The notes: a model not told the origin generated them from the letters alone. Shown: positions 19,015-29,404, numbered from the stretch's first letter. The stretch is DNA of 64,000 nucleotides from Fibrobacteria bacterium (GCA_043732185.1 JAYTHY010000059.1:1-64000), one strand, 5' to 3'. Numbers and translations: made by a program.

Positions 19015-19701
19015 ATGGATTTCCGCCAAGCCTCTGTCATCCTCATTCCCGCGTATAATGCGGAGGCCTATCTGTCTTCCATCCTAAAGGCACTTCTGCC
19101 GTTGGTTCCGCCGGAAAAAATCGTTGTCATTGACGATGGGTCCCAGGATAAAACCGAAGCCGTTGCCAGGTCAGTTGGGGTAACTTGCCTGCGACATGAA
19201 ATAAATATGGGAAAGGGTTCTGCCTTGATGACAGGCTTGCTCTGGGCGCGCGTACAAGGCTGGGCTTGGGCAATAACTATGGATGCTGATGGACAACATG
19301 CACCCGCTGATTTGCTTTCCTTTTGGAATTCGAAAATTACCGACGACATCGGGATTCTTGTGGGTCGCCGTGCAATAAAAGGCACTTCCATGCCCTTGCA
19401 TAGACGCTTAAGCAATACTTTGACCACCCATATGATTTCCACCTTGGCAGGTAGACCCATCTATGACGCACAGTCTGGATTCCGAATGTATCGCATAGAG
19501 GCGGTGACTGCGTCGGCCTTTCCGCGGTATGGGCGGTTCGAATGGGAAGCGCAAGCGCTGGTATTAAATTGCCGGCGTGGATTCTCAGTGCAGCCGGTTA
19601 ACATTGGGACGTTGTATACGGACAACGGGAGCCATATGCATTTGCTCCGTGATACGTTGCGTTTTCTCAAAATGTACGGGAGGCTGGTTTGGACGCGGTA
19701 A
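19015..19701 (+). CDS. GT2 glycosyltransferase, DPM1-like (polyprenol-phosphate type)
   Basis: ILIPAYN, IDDGSQD, NMGKG, MDADGQH, DAQSGFR. Start uncertain (18958-19015). Confidence 0.88.
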   Translation: MDFRQASVILIPAYNAEAYLSSILKALLPLVPPEKIVVIDDGSQDKTEAVARSVGVTCLRHEINMGKGSALMTGLLWARVQGWAWAITMDADGQHAPADLLSFWNSKITDDIGILVGRRAIKGTSMPLHRRLSNTLTTHMISTLAGRPIYDAQSGFRMYRIEAVTASAFPRYGRFEWEAQALVLNCRRGFSVQPVNIGTLYTDNGSHMHLLRDTLRFLKMYGRLVWTR

Positions 19702-20333
19702 CTACGGCACGTCGCCAGATGGTCGAGTCCATTTGGAAACGCTTGGGCTTGGACGATGAGACGCTAAAAGCCGTCATGTCCGCGGTACCGCGCCACCTTT
19801 TTGTGGATTCCGCATTGGCGGGAAAAGCCTATGCGGATATGTCTATGCCAATTGGATCGGAACAAACTATTTCTCAACCCTCCATGGTGGCCATGATGAG
19901 CCATGCTTTGGCCTTGAAAAAGGATCTGAAAATTCTGGAGATTGGAACCGGTTCTGGCTATCAAACCGCGATATTGGCGCATTATACCCCGCGTCTTTAT
20001 TCGGTGGAAAGGATTGCCGCCCTATCGCGAAAAGCCCAGGGGCTTTTGGAACAGCTTGGCTTTCGAAACATTATTTTCAAGGTAGGGGACGGTAGTTTGG
20101 GTTGGGAAAGCTGGGCACCCTATGATCGCATCATTGTTACGGCTGGGGCGCCAGTGGTATCGGAAAAACTGAAATTGCAACTGGCGGATGGTGGTCGCAT
20201 GCTGATCCCATCCGGCGGCCGGGAAACGCAAAAGTTGCTTTGTGTTGATAGGTCTGGCCATGGCTTCCGCGAAACCGATTTGGGCGACTGCCGCTTTGTT
20301 CCGCTTCTTGGAAAAGAGGGCTGGGAAAAGTAA
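19689..20333 (+). CDS. pcm: Protein-L-isoaspartate O-methyltransferase
   Basis: VPRHLF, QTISQP, LEIGTGSGYQ, APYDRIIVTAG, RFVPL. Confidence 0.95.
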   Translation: MDAVTTARRQMVESIWKRLGLDDETLKAVMSAVPRHLFVDSALAGKAYADMSMPIGSEQTISQPSMVAMMSHALALKKDLKILEIGTGSGYQTAILAHYTPRLYSVERIAALSRKAQGLLEQLGFRNIIFKVGDGSLGWESWAPYDRIIVTAGAPVVSEKLKLQLADGGRMLIPSGGRETQKLLCVDRSGHGFRETDLGDCRFVPLLGKEGWEK

Positions 20334-20511
20334 ATCCCGGCCTAACTCGGCCTAATCCGGTCATCAGTCCGTTCTAGGCCTCATTCCTGGCAATTTGGAA
20401 AAATTTCCGGGCGGAATAAGTATTCGATGACCGATTTAATATCTTTTTCAATAGAATTCGGATATTGTTTGGATAAACCGACTCTGGGCACATCGATAAT
20501 TCAGTTGTCGA

Positions 20512-20539
20512 TTGACATAGCGTAAAATCGGCTTATTTT
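20512..20539 (+). promoter_or_regulatory. Putative sigma70 promoter
   Basis: TTGACA-N16-TATTTT upstream of ATG 20579. Confidence 0.45.
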
Positions 20540-20578
20540 GAGTACAGGCGTTCTTTGGAAAGGTGGCTTGATTTGGGC

Positions 20579-21235
20579 ATGAAATTTCCCCTGTATCTGA
20601 TTTTATCCCTATCCTGCATGGGTAGCGCGTTGGCCCAATATGAAGATATGGTGGATTTCGAGGATGCTCCAACTCGCTCGAAAGCTGAAGAAGGTGTGAT
20701 TTGTACTATCGAAGGCGTTCAATTCTCCAAGAAGCCTGGACCAACGGAAGGTTCCAAGGATTTGAATGTGGTTTTTTTGTTAACGGAGAAACCATCGGCT
20801 TATTTTAATTATTACGATGCCGTCAAAAAAGCCGTGATCTTTGATTTTTACGACACACACATCGGAGAAAGCATCATGGAGCAAATCCATGAGCATCCCA
20901 TCACTAACAGCACTGTTGAGCTTTTCAAATTGGATTTAAATAAAGACGTCGAAGGTCTTAAACCGGATGTTCGCGATGTTGTCCGCGTGAGCTTGTTTAC
21001 TCCCTATGACATTGAATATGACCTGCAAGAAGACTTCGGCGTTATTACCATGAATTTTAAATGGAATAAAAAAATAGAACGCGGCTTTTCGCGCAGAAAA
21101 AATGCCATCTACTGGCAGCTTCCCTTGGCATTGGCTGTTTTAGGCGGTGGTGGTTACGGTGCCTATCACTATTTCTATAAACCGGCTGTGGCTCCGGTTG
21201 ATTTCTTAGCCTGTTGCCCGGTTGATCATCCCTAA
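20579..21235 (+). CDS. Exported protein with an AMIN-like beta domain and a C-terminal TM anchor
   Basis: Signal peptide ending in ALA; VIFDFYDT and VVRVSL strands; TM LPLALAVLGGGGYGAY. Confidence 0.6.
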   Translation: MKFPLYLILSLSCMGSALAQYEDMVDFEDAPTRSKAEEGVICTIEGVQFSKKPGPTEGSKDLNVVFLLTEKPSAYFNYYDAVKKAVIFDFYDTHIGESIMEQIHEHPITNSTVELFKLDLNKDVEGLKPDVRDVVRVSLFTPYDIEYDLQEDFGVITMNFKWNKKIERGFSRRKNAIYWQLPLALAVLGGGGYGAYHYFYKPAVAPVDFLACCPVDHP

Positions 21236-21405
21236 CTTTATTTCTCCATTCCTGGTTTTTGGTCTGTCCTGAAATAATCCTACAGCCTGCATGCATATTG
21301 CAGGCCCCCGACTACTTGGCTATGTTTGCTCCTCTCCGGCCACCTTAATAGGTTGGAATTTTCCGGAATAACCACCGTCCCTGTGAATTCAGAGAAGGAA
21401 TACGG

Positions 21406-22593
21406 ATGCCTTTCAAGATAAAGACCCTCAATAACATATCCCCCCAAGGCCTTAAACTTTTTGGTGACAATTACACCGTTGCCGGAGATTCCGCCTCACC
21501 AGATGCCGTTTTGGTACGCAGTGCCATTGTGGACACGGACGACATTCCCAGCATGCTGGCGATTGCCCGTGCGGGCGCTGGTGTCAACAATATCAGTATT
21601 GAAAAGGCCACGGATAAAGGCGTTTGCGTTTTCAATACGCCTGGGGCAAATGCCAACGCCGTAGCGGAATTGGTCTTTATCATGCTTGGAATTTCTGCGC
21701 GCAAAATTCATAAAAGCCTAGAATTTACCCAGTCCTTGGCTGCCGAAGCGGATGATAAGGCCATCTCGGAAAAAGTGGAAAAAGGCAAAGCCAATTATTC
21801 TGGATTTGAATTGGCTGGCAAGACTTTAGGAGTGATAGGTCTAGGCAAAATAGGCGTTCTGGTTTCGAATGCGGGCGTGGAGCATGGAATGACCGTGATT
21901 GGTTACGATCCATTTCCCACCATCGCAAATGTGCATTTGCTCAAGCCTAAGGTGGAAATTGCCCATAAACTAGATGACGTCCTGGCCCGAGCCGATGTGA
22001 TTTCTGTACACGTCCCTCTATCCGATAAAACCCGTAACCTTATTGGTGAGGCCCAGCTGAAAAAGGCTAAACAGGGTGTCATTTTGATGAATTATGCCCG
22101 CAAAGGAATTTATGACGATGCGGCCGTGGCGGCTGGGCTAGATTCCGGAAAGGTTGGCTCCTACATCAACGACTTTCCATCAAAAGTTTTTCTGGGTCGG
22201 CCCAATGTGATTTGCACGCCCCATCTTGGTGCCAGTACCGCCGAGTCTGAAGAGAATTGCGCGGTTATGGCGGTCAACCAGTTGCGCAATTATTTGGAAT
22301 ACGGTATTGTCGCCAATTCGGTCAACTTCCCTATGATTGAGGTGTATCCGGAACAGTCTGTTAAAACGCGGGTAGTCGTGATAAACAAAGACGTACCGAA
22401 TATGATTGCCCAGATCACGCAAGTTATCGGAAAAGCAGGACTGAATATTGTTTCCTTTACGAATACCAGCAACGGCAAAATCGGATACAACATCATCGAT
22501 TTGGAAAGCGATTTGCCGGAATCGATGGTGGAATCGATTAAAGGAATCGGCAACGTGGTTCGCGTTCGTGTCTTGCGTTTTGGACTGCGGTAA
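21406..22593 (+). CDS. serA: D-3-phosphoglycerate dehydrogenase (SerA type, C-terminal ACT domain)
   Basis: RAGAGVNNI, NTPGANANAVAE, GLGKIG, TPHLGAST, ACT domain. Confidence 0.9.
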   Translation: MPFKIKTLNNISPQGLKLFGDNYTVAGDSASPDAVLVRSAIVDTDDIPSMLAIARAGAGVNNISIEKATDKGVCVFNTPGANANAVAELVFIMLGISARKIHKSLEFTQSLAAEADDKAISEKVEKGKANYSGFELAGKTLGVIGLGKIGVLVSNAGVEHGMTVIGYDPFPTIANVHLLKPKVEIAHKLDDVLARADVISVHVPLSDKTRNLIGEAQLKKAKQGVILMNYARKGIYDDAAVAAGLDSGKVGSYINDFPSKVFLGRPNVICTPHLGASTAESEENCAVMAVNQLRNYLEYGIVANSVNFPMIEVYPEQSVKTRVVVINKDVPNMIAQITQVIGKAGLNIVSFTNTSNGKIGYNIIDLESDLPESMVESIKGIGNVVRVRVLRFGLR

Positions 22594-22600
22594 AGACTCC

Positions 22601-22620
22601 TCTCGCCTGTAAAGGCGAGA
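22601..22620 (+). terminator. Hairpin after serA, possible terminator
   Basis: TCTCGCCT-GTAA-AGGCGAGA; weak U tract. Confidence 0.5.
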
Positions 22621-22669
22621 ACGTTTGCCGTTTAATATCCGGTTTTTTCTCGATATTCGAGGTACGGCT

Positions 22670-22699
22670 TTGCTTTCGACCTTGCGCTATTCTTATAAT
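22670..22699 (+). promoter_or_regulatory. Putative sigma70 promoter of the TPR/signalling operon
   Basis: TTGCTT-N18-TATAAT. Confidence 0.45.
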
Positions 22700-22748
22700 G
22701 GGGTCAGTTCCGGCATGGTGTCGGAATGTATCGCGGCAAAAATTGTTG

Positions 22749-24782
22749 ATGCAAACTAGTACGGTACCCAGTTCCTCCAAGCAAAAAAAGTGGTGCCTAG
22801 CGGTAGCCTTGAGTTTGGCTTTACTAACGGGAAGGACGTGGAGCAAAGAAAGCGATGTCCGCCTGGAAGTTGCGCGTACCTTGTCCGAGAAAGGCGAATA
22901 CGACAAAGCCGTTTTGGAATTGCGTCGCTACTTAAACGAGCATCCAGAAGCGACGGATATTTATGCCCGTATCGGCAGGTTGCGATTCAAGCAAGGCAAT
23001 TTCAAGTTGGCTAGTGAAAACTTCAAAATCGCTTTGACCAAAAATCCCAGTCTTTCGGAAGCGCGTGAAGGTTTGGCACTGGCTTATGAAAAGTTAGGCG
23101 ATAAAGCCAAGGCCTCGGAAGTACGACAACAGCTAACGAAATCTGTCCAAAAGCCTGTTCAGGCCACCTCACCGGCTTCCCACACTACTCCCGTGCCACC
23201 CAGTGAAGCCACCAATTTTTCTCCAGCGCTGGATTCGCTTACAACCTCCGGCCCTGCTGGCATTTATGCACAAAAGGAATTTTTGGATGCCCTGCGTTTA
23301 TATCGGGAGAAGAAGTCCGATTCTGCCTTAGTCGCATTACGCAAATGTTTGTCTAAAGCCCCCAAGCACCCTGGGGCCTATTACTTGGGCGGTGTCATTC
23401 GCTATGAAAAAGGGGATTATGCCAAATCCGTTTTCAATTTCAAACGGAGCTTAACGTATCCCGATCGCGGTTATAATGCCAACTATTATCTGGGGCGCAT
23501 TTACCAAAAACAAGATCGGCACAACGATGCCATTGAGGCATTTGAAAAATACCTGCCGTTGACAAAGTCGGAGGTGGGAAAGAAACAAGTTGAGGGCTTT
23601 CTAAAACAAATGGGCGCCGCTCCAGAGGCCAGCCATGAACCCGTCCATCAACCCGCCCATGTACCCACCCACGAAGCCTCCACCGAAGCCACCCACGATA
23701 CCACCCATAAAGAACCTCAAATCCCCGTCCATGCTGCTGCCGAAGATACCGTCCACCAACCCGCCCATGTGGCTAGCCATCCTCCTAGCCAGGATTCTAG
23801 CCATTCTGGCACAGAAACCCAGGTCAAACCCCTTTTACTGGGTGGAAATGGGGCAATGTTCTTCATTATTCCGGATAAATCCTCCGCTTCTGGTCAAAAG
23901 CTGCTGGAAGCCTGGGACGCCTGCAGGAAGGAAAAATATGAGAAGGCTGAAAATGGTCTAAAGGAAACGGTTATGGATTATGGGGGATCGGATAATGCAG
24001 AAGCCGCAAATCTCGATATGGCTTCCGTTTATCTTCAACTGGGCTTATGGGAAAACGCTTTAAACAGGCTTTCGGATTATTTGAGGAGGGATAGCAAGGA
24101 TTCCGCCAAGTATTTGGATGCAGCCTATTATTTGTCCGCACTCGCCGAATTAGGCCACAAGAACGGGGAGAAGGCGGAAAAAAATCTCCTGAAAATTAAG
24201 GTTGGAGGCCTCTATGCGCCTTCGCAGGAAGAAATTGACTATCGCTTGGCGTTGGCGGGCGAATTGCTAAAGGACAATAAAAAGTGGGCCGCCTATTTGG
24301 AAAAGGCCTCCTCAAGCGCCAAGAGTGCGCCGCGAAAAGCGGAATTGACCCAAAAACTTGGCTTCTTGCATTCTCAATTCGGGAGTACGGATCGGGCCAT
24401 CGAATTTTTCCGTTCCTCCATTCAGGATTGTCCCGATTCCGCCATGGGCGCGGGAACCGTGTCCGATAAGCCAGGAATACCGAGTGCATTGTGCAGTGAA
24501 TCGCGGCTTCGATTAGCAGATTTGGCCTTTAAAAAGAAGGATTGGAAAGCAGCTTTAGCAGCTTATAAGCAATTTGCGCAGTTTTATCCCGATCACAAAG
24601 AATCGGCATGGGTTCACTACCAAATCGCCAATATTTATAAGGTGACGAACAATTTTGAGTCGGCCTTGAACGAGTATAAGCGCGTAATTGATAATTACCC
24701 AGATAGTTATTGGGCATCCCAAGCCAAATGGAAAAGAGAAGACACCATTTGGCAAAAGGAATACGAGGAGGTTTTGGATTAA
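22749..24782 (+). CDS. Exported tetratricopeptide repeat protein (CpoB/BamD-like C-terminus)
   Basis: Signal-like hydrophobic segment, many TPRs, ends YKRVIDNYPDSYWASQA; His/Pro linker. Confidence 0.85.
   Translation: MQTSTVPSSSKQKKWCLAVALSLALLTGRTWSKESDVRLEVARTLSEKGEYDKAVLELRRYLNEHPEATDIYARIGRLRFKQGNFKLASENFKIALTKNPSLSEAREGLALAYEKLGDKAKASEVRQQLTKSVQKPVQATSPASHTTPVPPSEATNFSPALDSLTTSGPAGIYAQKEFLDALRLYREKKSDSALVALRKCLSKAPKHPGAYYLGGVIRYEKGDYAKSVFNFKRSLTYPDRGYNANYYLGRIYQKQDRHNDAIEAFEKYLPLTKSEVGKKQVEGFLKQMGAAPEASHEPVHQPAHVPTHEASTEATHDTTHKEPQIPVHAAAEDTVHQPAHVASHPPSQDSSHSGTETQVKPLLLGGNGAMFFIIPDKSSASGQKLLEAWDACRKEKYEKAENGLKETVMDYGGSDNAEAANLDMASVYLQLGLWENALNRLSDYLRRDSKDSAKYLDAAYYLSALAELGHKNGEKAEKNLLKIKVGGLYAPSQEEIDYRLALAGELLKDNKKWAAYLEKASSSAKSAPRKAELTQKLGFLHSQFGSTDRAIEFFRSSIQDCPDSAMGAGTVSDKPGIPSALCSESRLRLADLAFKKKDWKAALAAYKQFAQFYPDHKESAWVHYQIANIYKVTNNFESALNEYKRVIDNYPDSYWASQAKWKREDTIWQKEYEEVLD
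23628..23786 (+). repeat. Coding 12-nt-period His/Pro/Thr repeat linker
   Basis: ASHEPVHQPAHVPTHE...DTVHQPAHVASHPP; the 20-mer gtcca(t/c)caacccgcccatgt occurs twice. Confidence 0.75.
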
Positions 24783-24796
24783 CGATCAATTCCCCT

Positions 24797-25227
24797 TGGA
24801 TACGCTGATAGGACTGCTGACAAAGCATTTGCAAACATTCCGAGCATTGGACGGGTTGCAGGTTAGTGCATTGCATGCCGTTAAAAACCAAGTGCTCGAG
24901 GGATTGCCGGAATTATTGACAAAGCAAAGTGATATTATGTCCGCTATTGCCAAGGAAAAGGCGGAATTGCGCCCCTATCTGGACCAATGGGAACTCCTTA
25001 AACCAGAAGTTCGGCAAACAATGCGCAATGGCCGTGCTGGTGAAATCCAGTTGGAATTGGAAAAGGTGGCGCATGCGATTCAGGCGCGGCACCAGGAAAT
25101 GTTTGGCGCTGACGAAGGCGGTTCCAATCAAACAGGGCAAGCTCAGGCAGGGCTCAAAGACAAGGCACCTGCAGCCCCAACGCCGGACCTATCCCAGACC
25201 ATCAATAGCTATCGCGCCTTACTGTGA
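24797..25227 (+). CDS. FlgN-like helical protein (flagellar export chaperone-like)
   Basis: About 140 aa, all helical, with 'LLTKQSDIMSAIAKEKAELRPYL'; precedes the HK/sigma54 pair. Start uncertain (TTG 24797). Confidence 0.5.
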
Positions 25228-25230
25228 AAG

Positions 25231-26493
25231 ATGGTCCGGCAGGGCATGGGTGAACTCCTAAATGAATTTCCGGAAGAAACACGGGCCCAACTCAATCAAG
25301 TATTCGATTGGTTCAACACCAATGTCGCCAAACTGGAGGCAGCTTATCAAGAATTGGGAGTCAAGTTCGACAAGGTCAGTCAGGAACTGGAAGAAAAGAA
25401 CCAGAAACTTGTGGCCACTTTACTTGAACAGGAAAGAGTCGAGAACCAGCTGCGTTCCGTATTGGAAAGCTTGGACTCCAGCGTGGTCATGATCGATACC
25501 GAGGAACGTATCACCTTATTCAATCCTTCCGCCGAGCGCATTTATGGACTGGATTCCGGGCATGCGATGGGATTGCCTTATGCCAAAGTTTTTCAGGCCC
25601 AGGCGGACTCCCATTACCCCTTAATTGAAACACTCAAGCACAACCATCCCATGCTCGGTCATGAAAAATATTGGAAAGTTGGAACAGCTCTCAAGCCGAT
25701 TGGATATACCACCAGTGTGGTCAAGGATCATAATGGCCAAATTCTGGGCGCAGTGGAAATCTCCACTGATTTGACGCAGATCAAGCAGCTTCAGAATCAA
25801 ATGCAACACTCAAAAACGTTGGCCGCATTAGGGGAAATGGCCGCGACTGTGGCGCATGAAATTCGCAATCCACTGGCTGGTATAGGCGGTTTTGCCGGAT
25901 TGTTGGAACGTGATTTGGAAGGCGATGATCCGCGCCGGGCCTTGGTCAAAAAAATCGTTCAGGGTGTTTCCAGTTTGAATAAAATCGTATCCAACCTCCT
26001 TGTTTATACACGCCCAATGGAACTGCAAATGCAGCGCGTGGATTTTATCGAATGGATGGAAGATATCCTCCGCTATGCAGAACTGGAAATCGAAAAGGAA
26101 CACAAGGAGATTGAGATCAAGCGTGAATACGGCTTTACGCGAATAGAAGCCCGAATTGATCCGGAAAAATTTCAGCAAGTTTTTTTAAACCTCATTTTCA
26201 ACGCCATCCAAGCTATTGAGGGAAAGGGCTGCATTACCCTGCGAATCGATTTGGATTCCGATGATTTTCTGCGCGTGGCCATCCGCGACACTGGCAAAGG
26301 CATACCTAAGGATATTATCGATAAAATTTTCAATCCTTTTTTCACCACCAAGGAACAAGGGACAGGATTGGGTCTGGCGATAGTCCAGCGAATTGTGACA
26401 TTGCATGGCGGAACCATTACCGTGACAGGTGAACCCGCACTATACACCCAATTTGAAATTCGGTTGGATTCGCGAGGGAGTGTACATGGCTGA
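25231..26493 (+). CDS. Cytoplasmic PAS sensor histidine kinase (FlgS/FleS/NtrB-like)
   Basis: Coiled coil, PAS, AHEIRNPL, NAIQA, DTGKGI, FFTTK, GTGLGL; no TM segment. Confidence 0.92.
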   Translation: MVRQGMGELLNEFPEETRAQLNQVFDWFNTNVAKLEAAYQELGVKFDKVSQELEEKNQKLVATLLEQERVENQLRSVLESLDSSVVMIDTEERITLFNPSAERIYGLDSGHAMGLPYAKVFQAQADSHYPLIETLKHNHPMLGHEKYWKVGTALKPIGYTTSVVKDHNGQILGAVEISTDLTQIKQLQNQMQHSKTLAALGEMAATVAHEIRNPLAGIGGFAGLLERDLEGDDPRRALVKKIVQGVSSLNKIVSNLLVYTRPMELQMQRVDFIEWMEDILRYAELEIEKEHKEIEIKREYGFTRIEARIDPEKFQQVFLNLIFNAIQAIEGKGCITLRIDLDSDDFLRVAIRDTGKGIPKDIIDKIFNPFFTTKEQGTGLGLAIVQRIVTLHGGTITVTGEPALYTQFEIRLDSRGSVHG

Positions 26494-27838
26494 TATTTTG
26501 GTGGTGGATGATGAATCTCTGATCCGCGATCTCATCACGACAAGCCTGTCGAGGCTGGGGCATAAGCTGAAATCCGCCAAGAATGGACCGGAAGCCTTAG
26601 AAATCTACGATCAAGGCCGATTTGATTTGGTCATTTCCGATTTTAAAATGCCGAATATGACTGGATTGGAATTGGCGGAAAAGATCCTGGCTTCTGACCC
26701 CACTGCCAGCATCATTCTTATGACGGCGTATGGGACAATTGAAACTGCCGTGAAGGCCATGAAAATGGGCGTTCTGGACTTTATTGAAAAAGACGTGGAA
26801 AAGGGCTTTCGCGTAGAGATGCTGGAACATACCGTTTCCCAAGTCTTGCAACTGAGTAGCCTCAAAGGTGAGAACCGTCGACTGCGGGAAGCCATGTCGG
26901 AGCGTTATAAGATTATCGGGGCGAGTATGTCCATGGGGTTATTGAAAACGGTGGAAGAAGTGGCCGGTTCCAATTCCACGGTTATGATCACCGGGGAGTC
27001 CGGTACAGGCAAAGAATTGTTAGCCCAGGCGATTCATTCGCAAAGTCGTCGCAGTGCTTTGCCCTTCGTCAAAATCAATTGTGCGGCCATTCCAGAAAGT
27101 TTGATTGAAAGCGAGCTTTTTGGTCATGAAAAGGGTGCCTACACAGGCGCGATTAAAACCAGAATGGGAAAGTTTGAATTGGCAAACGGTGGAACCCTGT
27201 TGTTGGATGAAATAGGGGAGATGCCCATTTACGCTCAATCAAAATTGTTGCGTGTTTTGCAAGAAAGAGAAGTCACCAAAATTGGTGGTAGCGACGAAGT
27301 GGCCATTGATGTACGCATCGTGTGTACCACCAATCGCAATCTACAGGAGGAAGTCAAGAAAGGGACCTTCCGTGAGGATTTGTACTACCGATTGAACGTC
27401 ATTCCGCTGGAAGTGCCGCCGTTGCGGGAAAGGATGACCGATATCGAAGCGCTGGCCTACCATTTTATCGCCAAGTACAATAAGGAAAATGGATTCACTG
27501 TAACGGGAATCAAGCCAGAAGCATTGACCCGGGTGAAATCCCATAGTTGGCCTGGAAATATCCGTGAACTGGAAAACGTCATTCAGAGGGCCGTGGTCTT
27601 CGCCAAAAATCAGGATATTGGATTGGAGCACCTGCGCTTGGATGGGTCTGGTCAAAAGACCAGCCCGGTGGATTCCGGCCTTACCGCCGGCATGAGTGTG
27701 GCGGAAGCGGAGCGGTTGCTCATCATAAAAACGTTGGAGGCTTGCGGTGACAATCGCACCAAAGCTGCGGAAATGTTGAATATCAGCATTCGCACCTTAC
27801 GAAATAAACTCCATGAATATAAATTGCAGGAATCATAA
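26486..27838 (+). CDS. Sigma54-dependent response regulator (NtrC/FleR/FlgR family)
   Basis: Receiver VVDDE...ISD; GESGTGKE; ESELFGHEKGAYTGA; WPGNIREL; Fis-type HTH. Confidence 0.95.
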   Translation: MADILVVDDESLIRDLITTSLSRLGHKLKSAKNGPEALEIYDQGRFDLVISDFKMPNMTGLELAEKILASDPTASIILMTAYGTIETAVKAMKMGVLDFIEKDVEKGFRVEMLEHTVSQVLQLSSLKGENRRLREAMSERYKIIGASMSMGLLKTVEEVAGSNSTVMITGESGTGKELLAQAIHSQSRRSALPFVKINCAAIPESLIESELFGHEKGAYTGAIKTRMGKFELANGGTLLLDEIGEMPIYAQSKLLRVLQEREVTKIGGSDEVAIDVRIVCTTNRNLQEEVKKGTFREDLYYRLNVIPLEVPPLRERMTDIEALAYHFIAKYNKENGFTVTGIKPEALTRVKSHSWPGNIRELENVIQRAVVFAKNQDIGLEHLRLDGSGQKTSPVDSGLTAGMSVAEAERLLIIKTLEACGDNRTKAAEMLNISIRTLRNKLHEYKLQES

Positions 27839-27867
27839 GAGGCCATAAAATTGAAGGACGATCACTT

Positions 27868-29397
27868 TTGTTAAAAGGCAGCGCCGAACCGCCTAAGCTT
27901 TTGATTGTGACGCACGACCCGGCTTGGGAGGCGCATTATCGAAAAGCGCTCAGCACCTTTCCCTATGCGGAATCGGGCACCCAGGCAGGCGGAAATCTTA
28001 ATCAAGTCTATTTGGTTGATGCGCGCATGGCGCGGGAATTTCCCGGCCTCTTGGCGCCTGGTGCAGATATCCTTTACGTGCTTTCGAGTTCCGTGACATT
28101 GTCTCCGGATAGCATCCCTGTGGAAGAAAAGTTGGAATATTTTGAAATGGGATATTCCATGGTCGCCGAAGGCAAAGATTCCATGCCCTCCGTGCGCATT
28201 AGACTGCAAGGGTTATTGGCATCCAAATCCAAAATTCTCACCCAGCAAATCGTCAATCATCGCTTGCGGGCTAGGGTCGAAGCCCAGGGCGCCAATCTAA
28301 AACATCAAAATGATTTCTTACACATGGCAGTCCATGACCTGCGTTCACCATTGGCCGCGATGATTTGCTACGCCGAGCTCTTGATCGAAGGCGTATTGGG
28401 TAACCTGCAAACGAGCCAGCTGGAACCGATTCGGACCATTCATCGAAACTGCCAATTTTTGATCGACATGGTGACCGATCTTCTTGATTCCGCAAAAATA
28501 GGTGCGGGAAAATTACAGCTCAAACTTGATAAGGTGGATTTCAACAAAGAGGTGGAATTGGCCGTCGAGTCCTTGCGGGGCCTTGCCAATGCAAAAAATC
28601 TTCAAGTGCAAACCAACCTTGTTGAAGTTCCAGAGATGTATTTGGATATCCAAAAAGTAAGCCGCGTACTCTCCAATATTTTAGGCAACGCCATCAAATT
28701 CACCAAGGCCAACGGCAAAATCATCGTCCGATCCTTGCAACAGGAAAACTATTTGGCTCTTTCCATACAGGATACCGGGCCTGGTATTGAACCGGCGGAT
28801 TTAGAAGGCATCTTTGAAAAGTTCCAAATCGGAGATGGCAGCAACATGGCTGGTAAGGGTCATGGCTTAGGATTGGCAATCAGTAAATCATTTGTAGAAC
28901 TCCATGGCGGTAGGCTATTTGTCGAGTCAACGCGTCATAAAGGTTCCGTATTCATCGTTCATCTGCCTGTGGAAAAAAGAAAACAGTCTGCGCTGCGCCA
29001 GGTTAAACCAAAGTTGGTCATTTTAGATCTGGGGCACGATATTCCCGATCTTAAATCAGCTCTCTCCGAGGTTGAAATCACCAACTTTCACATCAATTAT
29101 GTTTCAGCACCCTTGAGAGATTGGAACAAGACGGCATTGCCGCGATTTGACTTCCTGCTCATCAACGAAGCATTGGCTTTTGAGGAATTTGGACGGGACT
29201 ATTACTTGCTGGGACTCAGCGAACTTAAAGCAGATGCCAAATGCGCTTTGCTGATTAATTCAGGCATGAGTGAGGAAGATAAGGAAGTGCGTCGTTTCCT
29301 TGGCTTCACCCTGATAGAAAAACCTTGCACCCCAAAGGAATTATTCGATAAACTTCAGGGAATTGTAGGATTGGATAGACGACAAAGAAACCCCTGA
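27868..29397 (+). CDS. Histidine kinase flanked by degenerate receiver-like domains
   Basis: HDLRSPL, NAIKFT, DTGPGI, GHGLGLAI; C-terminal receiver-like region ending IEKPCTPKELFDKL. Confidence 0.88.
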   Translation: MLKGSAEPPKLLIVTHDPAWEAHYRKALSTFPYAESGTQAGGNLNQVYLVDARMAREFPGLLAPGADILYVLSSSVTLSPDSIPVEEKLEYFEMGYSMVAEGKDSMPSVRIRLQGLLASKSKILTQQIVNHRLRARVEAQGANLKHQNDFLHMAVHDLRSPLAAMICYAELLIEGVLGNLQTSQLEPIRTIHRNCQFLIDMVTDLLDSAKIGAGKLQLKLDKVDFNKEVELAVESLRGLANAKNLQVQTNLVEVPEMYLDIQKVSRVLSNILGNAIKFTKANGKIIVRSLQQENYLALSIQDTGPGIEPADLEGIFEKFQIGDGSNMAGKGHGLGLAISKSFVELHGGRLFVESTRHKGSVFIVHLPVEKRKQSALRQVKPKLVILDLGHDIPDLKSALSEVEITNFHINYVSAPLRDWNKTALPRFDFLLINEALAFEEFGRDYYLLGLSELKADAKCALLINSGMSEEDKEVRRFLGFTLIEKPCTPKELFDKLQGIVGLDRRQRNP

Positions 29398-29404
29398 GGT
29401 CTAG

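Noticed and set aside
20336..20362. Short repeats cggcctaa x2 after pcm as a CRISPR or REP element
   Set aside because: Only two 8-bp units, with no spacers and no cas genes.
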